NCBI GenBank assembly: GCA_965140415.1
Contig: OZ223209.1
Location: forward strand, 416,001-480,000
Direction of reading: 5' to 3'
Length of the DNA: 64,000 nucleotides
Origin: Myxococcota bacterium
Lineage (GTDB): Bacteria > Myxococcota_A > SURF-8
The notes under the pieces are model-generated. The model did no database searches. It worked only from the letters and a program-made list of their open reading frames with translations, and was not told where the DNA came from. Within the stretch, counting starts at the first letter, position 1. The number at the start of each line of letters is the position of its first letter. Shown one piece after another: positions 59,378 to 64,000 of this stretch. The position numbers were made by a program, and so were the translations under genes.

Positions 59378-62317
59378 CTAATCACACGCTTCCGGTTCCA
59401 GGCGAATCGCGCAACTAGCTGAACCATCTTCACTGGTGCATTGAATATCGATGCCGTTGATCGGCATGGACCTATACGTGAAGGTGCAACTGCCTTCCGT
59501 GTAACCGGGTAACGGCTCATCCGTTATCGCGCAATCCTCCACATCGGTCAGCAATTGCTTGGTGACACCCCCGTCCATCGTGCGATACACTTTGAATCCA
59601 CACGGATTGGCCGGATCGGGTTCTGCCAGGATCGATTGACGCATGATATCCTCACATAACAGTCCCGCTGCGTCTACCTCGCAGAACAGCCGATTGAACT
59701 GGCTGCAATCCCAGGCGCAGTGGACTTCTTCATCACCATCGGTGTCCCCGTCAATCACGTCTCCATCTACTACATCGCCATCGGTTGTGTCCCCATCAAT
59801 CACATCTCCGTCCACAATGTCACCGTCGATATCCCCATCCTCGTCGCCATCCACCTCACAACCGGCGGTGACGCTGAAAGTGGAATTGAAATTCGGTTCG
59901 CCGTCGTTGTTCGGATTCAGGGCATCGGGAACCCATGTGCCGTTGTACCAGAATTTGTAGGCGTAGTCGTCGCAGGGAACAAAGGTCGTTGCGGACCACA
60001 GAGTGGCCCCAACACGATTCATGATAAGTCCACGCTGGGGATCCCAGGTGATACCATTGAAATTTCCCACCACCTTGATCGGCTCAGGAACGGAATCTTC
60101 TGAAATGAAATGGAAAGTGACGGTATTGCCATCGATCACAGGTGAAACATTTGGCAGGCCGTCGTCAACGTCTCCATCCACATTGCCATCGGTGTCCCCG
60201 TCGATGACGACATCTCCATCGATGTCGCCATCGGTTACGATATCTCCATCCACATCACCATCCGGTGTACCGCTGGTCAAGTGTATGCAGTCCGGGTCAT
60301 CCATGTCGGTTTTTCCGTCACTATCGTTGTCAACGCCATCCTGGCAATGAAATTCCGGTTCGCAGATGAAGTCGCCGAAGCAATCGGGTTTCGAGCAATT
60401 TGTTCGGGCGCAGTCAATACAGGCTTGCGGAATATCCGGTCCTTCACGAACACAGTCGCTCACACAATGTTGCATAACACATCCGCCTATGCAACTGTTA
60501 CAACCATCTGATAGAACTTCGCGGCAGGCCAGTTCTCCTTCGCCAATAATGCAGTCAGCAAATAGATCAAGCCCGGCGATACCTTCCAGATCATCAAGGT
60601 TATTGCAATTGCCCGTTTCTGCTATCGCTGCAAAACAATCTCCCATGTCGTCGCAGTCTGTCATGCCGTCATCATCTTCATCGATACCGTCATTACACAC
60701 CAATTCGTTGTCGTAATCCACAGGTTCCAGATTGTCCTGGTTGCGCACACAACGCGCGTGCAACTGATCGAAATCGTCTCCCGCCATTCCCCACCAAGCG
60801 GCTCCGATGGAGGCATCACCATAATCTAGATACAAGCAGATGAATCCTCCAGGCACATCAGGGTTATCGAAACAGGTCGCAACTGCCAGTGGTCCGATCA
60901 GCCCGGTTTTCCAATAGGGACCGTTTACCGAGTCGCATCCATCACAATCAGTTTCGCAGTCATCGTCTACGCAGCCCTGGTTGTGAACGCCGCAAGCACC
61001 GTCCGGTTCGGACGCAGGGCAACCGACCACCAGCGAGCGCAGGCTGTCGATATATGGCGCTTCCCAGTCATCAAAACCGCCCCATTCCATTGCTTCGCAA
61101 TAATCGGTTGTCGATGTTCCATCGTCGCCCGGACTCACCGGTGAGAAATCCTCATACCAGCGGCTCGGGTTTTGCCACATAAGCCCGGTATCGGGATCGG
61201 TGAACACGATGTCGCAGGCATCACCAAAGCCGTTATCGTTCGTATCGTCCTGACCCTCGTTGGCGACAAACCAGCAGTTGTCGTCGGCATTGACGATGGT
61301 GTCGAAGTCGGAATCGAGGATGCGGTCGAGATCAGGCACCACGGCATTCGAACCAAGGGTATCGAAGCGCGCCTGGAGATTGGCTTTGATTATCGAAGGA
61401 ATAAGGGTTTCGCCAAGTACCAAAGGAAAACCTGGTTCACGTGGAAGCACCTGAGCATCGGCCAGTTCCTGAATACGGGCTTGTTCGAGTTCGCCATCGG
61501 GAGCCAGATCTGCCGAGATGCTGTTGATGATTTCCTGCAGGTTGGCGTCCATCGATCCCGACGTTCGTTTCGCAGCGGCGGTGACCAGGACGCTGCTGAC
61601 TGCGAACAGGTAAGCGTTCTCAATCGTATCGCCCCCCTGAAGCGTCAGTTCGATAGCCGGGTCGTCGAGGCTGAAATCCGGCGGCCCGATGGGTAAGGCG
61701 GCAACCAGTTCGTCTTCCGCTTGTGCGATTGCATCGGCGATATCCGTTCCACTCTGCACCAAGGTTTTTACACGGTTGTAGGTCAGGTGGGTTAGCAGAT
61801 TGAGGTGCGCGTTCTGCACACCGTCACTGACAATCTCGTAGTAGGCGCGTAAAGTGAGATTCGCGGATGAAAGCCCGCCGGTCAACTCATTGTAATAGAA
61901 GCCGCTACCCTCCAGCGAAACAAAACCGCTGGCCTCGAACTGAATGCTGAATTCGCCCATATCGTTGATGGTTTGGGTGGTGAACTGCTGGCCGCTGGGA
62001 TTACCCAATGCATCTACCGGTGAAATCGTAATACTTGATCCGAGTACGAACGGACCTTTTTCTACCGATCCGTTCAGCTGTACGATGCCGGGTGCCAGAT
62101 CCAGATCGCCATCGGTGGTGTCGCCGTCTGTTGTATCGCCATCGGTGGTATCGCCGTCGGTGGTATCGCCGTCAGTCGTATCGCCATCAGGCGTATCCCC
62201 ATCAGGCGCATCCCCATCGGTTTGGGAGGAATCGTCGTCGGAACCGCAGCTTGATAGCATAAGGGAAAACAGCACCAGCATCAGTAACAACAGAATTCTC
62301 ATTCGAGTCATAATCAT
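59378..62317 (-). CDS. Mosaic lipoprotein: DGD repeats, KGPF N-domain, TSP3-like repeat, DUF1566-like, Cys-rich CxDGxDxDxDG repeats, CBM48-like domain
   Basis: LSSC lipobox; GSVEKGPFVLGS...NLLTHL; DNCWFVANEGQDDTNDNGFGDACD; DPDTGLMWQ...ARCVR; VVGNFNG...YKFWYNGTWVPDALN. Confidence 0.82.
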   Translation of the reverse strand: MIMTRMRILLLLMLVLFSLMLSSCGSDDDSSQTDGDAPDGDTPDGDTTDGDTTDGDTTDGDTTDGDTTDGDLDLAPGIVQLNGSVEKGPFVLGSSITISPVDALGNPSGQQFTTQTINDMGEFSIQFEASGFVSLEGSGFYYNELTGGLSSANLTLRAYYEIVSDGVQNAHLNLLTHLTYNRVKTLVQSGTDIADAIAQAEDELVAALPIGPPDFSLDDPAIELTLQGGDTIENAYLFAVSSVLVTAAAKRTSGSMDANLQEIINSISADLAPDGELEQARIQELADAQVLPREPGFPLVLGETLIPSIIKANLQARFDTLGSNAVVPDLDRILDSDFDTIVNADDNCWFVANEGQDDTNDNGFGDACDIVFTDPDTGLMWQNPSRWYEDFSPVSPGDDGTSTTDYCEAMEWGGFDDWEAPYIDSLRSLVVGCPASEPDGACGVHNQGCVDDDCETDCDGCDSVNGPYWKTGLIGPLAVATCFDNPDVPGGFICLYLDYGDASIGAAWWGMAGDDFDQLHARCVRNQDNLEPVDYDNELVCNDGIDEDDDGMTDCDDMGDCFAAIAETGNCNNLDDLEGIAGLDLFADCIIGEGELACREVLSDGCNSCIGGCVMQHCVSDCVREGPDIPQACIDCARTNCSKPDCFGDFICEPEFHCQDGVDNDSDGKTDMDDPDCIHLTSGTPDGDVDGDIVTDGDIDGDVVIDGDTDGNVDGDVDDGLPNVSPVIDGNTVTFHFISEDSVPEPIKVVGNFNGITWDPQRGLIMNRVGATLWSATTFVPCDDYAYKFWYNGTWVPDALNPNNDGEPNFNSTFSVTAGCEVDGDEDGDIDGDIVDGDVIDGDTTDGDVVDGDVIDGDTDGDEEVHCAWDCSQFNRLFCEVDAAGLLCEDIMRQSILAEPDPANPCGFKVYRTMDGGVTKQLLTDVEDCAITDEPLPGYTEGSCTFTYRSMPINGIDIQCTSEDGSASCAIRLEPEACD
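62106..62225 (-). repeat. 15-bp tandem repeat x8 encoding DGD(T/A)(T/P)
   Basis: TCGCCATCGGTGGTR-like units with synonymous variation. Confidence 0.88.
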
Positions 62318-62721
62318 CTCCTGAGCTTCATTCGTAATATGGGTAACTTGAGCGCAACTCTACTCCTTATATTCTTCAATTTCAACCTTTTATCAGTCAC
62401 GGAATGAATGAAGGATACAGCTTCCCGGCAAGCAATTGTCGGTAATTGTTTGTATGCAAGCGTATCGCAAACAGGGAATATTGCAGGTATTTATGGGAAA
62501 TCTTCTAAGTTCCACCTGTTTCCCAAGACAATCGAAGGCGCGTTAACCTCTTGTTATCAAATAACAAATAATGATTTCTCGCGTTTTATTAATCCTAATC
62601 TAACACAATCCTAACATGCATTTTCTATTCACAAAGCATCCATCAGTAGCGACATGCTGCGGTGGAAGAGACTAGGAATGTTTTATTGCTGCAACTCGTG
62701 TTCGCAAAAAGGATGTGCAAG

Positions 62722-64000
62722 ATGAATTGGATGATTCGTGGGAGTGTGCTCGTTCTGCTGCTGCTATTTCCGGTCGCCGCTCAAGCGGGTTTATACGAAA
62801 AAGTAACGGACGAAGAAGGCGTCAGCTATTATCCGCGCATGTTCGGTGAGGCGTTTACCAATACGCCGGTCTCCAAACAATTAAACCCACCGAAAAAGGA
62901 AACTCCGGAAACAGGAGAGCCCGTTACCGAAGATGTGCAAGTAACGGAAAAGAAAAAGGAAAAAGGTCCACTCTGGAAGATCTTCACCAACAAGCCGAAA
63001 AAAGCCAAATTCTTCGATCCGCGTATCGAACCGGTGTTGTTTGTAAGAGGCAGCTACGTTCACACCTTTGAGGATGTCATCAGCCATACGAACAACGATG
63101 GCACTGCTTTTAACGTAGATTCTTCCAAGATGGACCCTTCCCAGTTCGGGCATCGCGTCGGTTTCGTTCTGGAAAACGTGGAGCTGGGTCTGGCCGGTCG
63201 CTTTAACGGCAGCGGTATCTACTACAAAGCCAAGTTCGAATTGGTTCCAAGAGAAAAAGACGGTAACCGTTCATCCGATTACCTGAAAGATGCTTACCTG
63301 GGCTGGAACCTGTTCAGCATCTTCGATCTGCGCATCGGACGCATGAAAGTCAATTTCAGCCAGGCCAACATGAAAAGCACCGAAGACCGCCCCTTGGTCT
63401 TTTCTCCGGTGCTGGACACCCTGATTCCCAAGCGCCAGTTGGGCATCATGGCGGAACTCAGCGATCCCTGGAAGATCATTCGCGGTCGCGCGGGATTGTA
63501 CAACTCCGTGAAACTCGCCAGCGAACAGATTACCGATGCCGATCAACTGATGCGGGTCTTCCGCCTGGATCTGAACATTTCGAATCTGCTGAAACTGTTC
63601 AATGTCAATCCCTATGATTTAGACCTGAATGTGGGTGCAAGCTATGCCTACGTCAAAGAAAATTTCGATCCCAAGACCGAGCATCGCTGGCAGGGAATCG
63701 ACGCTCGCCTGCATCTGTTGCTCGTTACGATCGAAGGCGAATACGTCGTTAAGGATCATTACGGCACTCCCGATATCAATGGTGCACAGCAAAGCTACCG
63801 TGGCGAAGGTTATCACATCGATGTGACCATCCACGCCTGGCCGGAAGTGATCGATCTGGCTTTCCGCTATGAATTCATGGACGGCAACGACCTGAAGGAA
63901 GACGGATTCAACACGATCATGGCCATTGATGACCTCGTGCCGCAGAAGAAACGCTGGATCACCGGCGGGTTGACCTTCCACGCCACCGATGAAGCCAGCA
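62722..64000 (+). CDS. Outer-membrane porin (OprO/OprP-like), runs off window
   Basis: Not in ORF track; ATG 62722, signal MNWMIRG...AQA, LKDAYLGW...LRIGRMKVNFS...RQLG pattern. Confidence 0.75.
   Translation, partial: MNWMIRGSVLVLLLLFPVAAQAGLYEKVTDEEGVSYYPRMFGEAFTNTPVSKQLNPPKKETPETGEPVTEDVQVTEKKKEKGPLWKIFTNKPKKAKFFDPRIEPVLFVRGSYVHTFEDVISHTNNDGTAFNVDSSKMDPSQFGHRVGFVLENVELGLAGRFNGSGIYYKAKFELVPREKDGNRSSDYLKDAYLGWNLFSIFDLRIGRMKVNFSQANMKSTEDRPLVFSPVLDTLIPKRQLGIMAELSDPWKIIRGRAGLYNSVKLASEQITDADQLMRVFRLDLNISNLLKLFNVNPYDLDLNVGASYAYVKENFDPKTEHRWQGIDARLHLLLVTIEGEYVVKDHYGTPDINGAQQSYRGEGYHIDVTIHAWPEVIDLAFRYEFMDGNDLKEDGFNTIMAIDDLVPQKKRWITGGLTFHATDEAS

Overview
A 64 kb bacterial chromosomal window of moderately high GC. 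Gene content (tetrahaem cytochrome c3, DUF3604 and DUF1566 proteins, Cys-rich lipoproteins) suggests a deltaproteobacterial/Myxococcota-like lineage; this is an inference. The core backbone comprises a parA-like gene, smc, ftsY, ltaE, dksA, priA, tRNA-Lys, tRNA-Leu, tig, mnmE, typA and msrBA. Accessory content: (i) an aryl-polyene-type tailoring cassette (MIO ammonia-lyase, thioesterase, DAK2-DegV fusion, DUF3261-like, LolA-like, FabG) with no KS or ACP in the window; (ii) a LarA-like gene followed by a giant CoA-activase gene; (iii) six lipoproteins with acidic Asp-Gly-Asp (DGD) repeats, plus a 1458-aa repeat fibre protein flanked by two paralogous lipoproteins; (iv) a REP/REPIN-like repeat family; (v) a promoter-aligned, ~173-nt structured RNA ahead of a small dual-CxxC protein; (vi) a phasin/PhaE-like gene translationally coupled to a ParA ATPase. 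No CRISPR array, rRNA, transposase or reverse transcriptase was seen. All family calls come from motif recognition by eye, not database searches.
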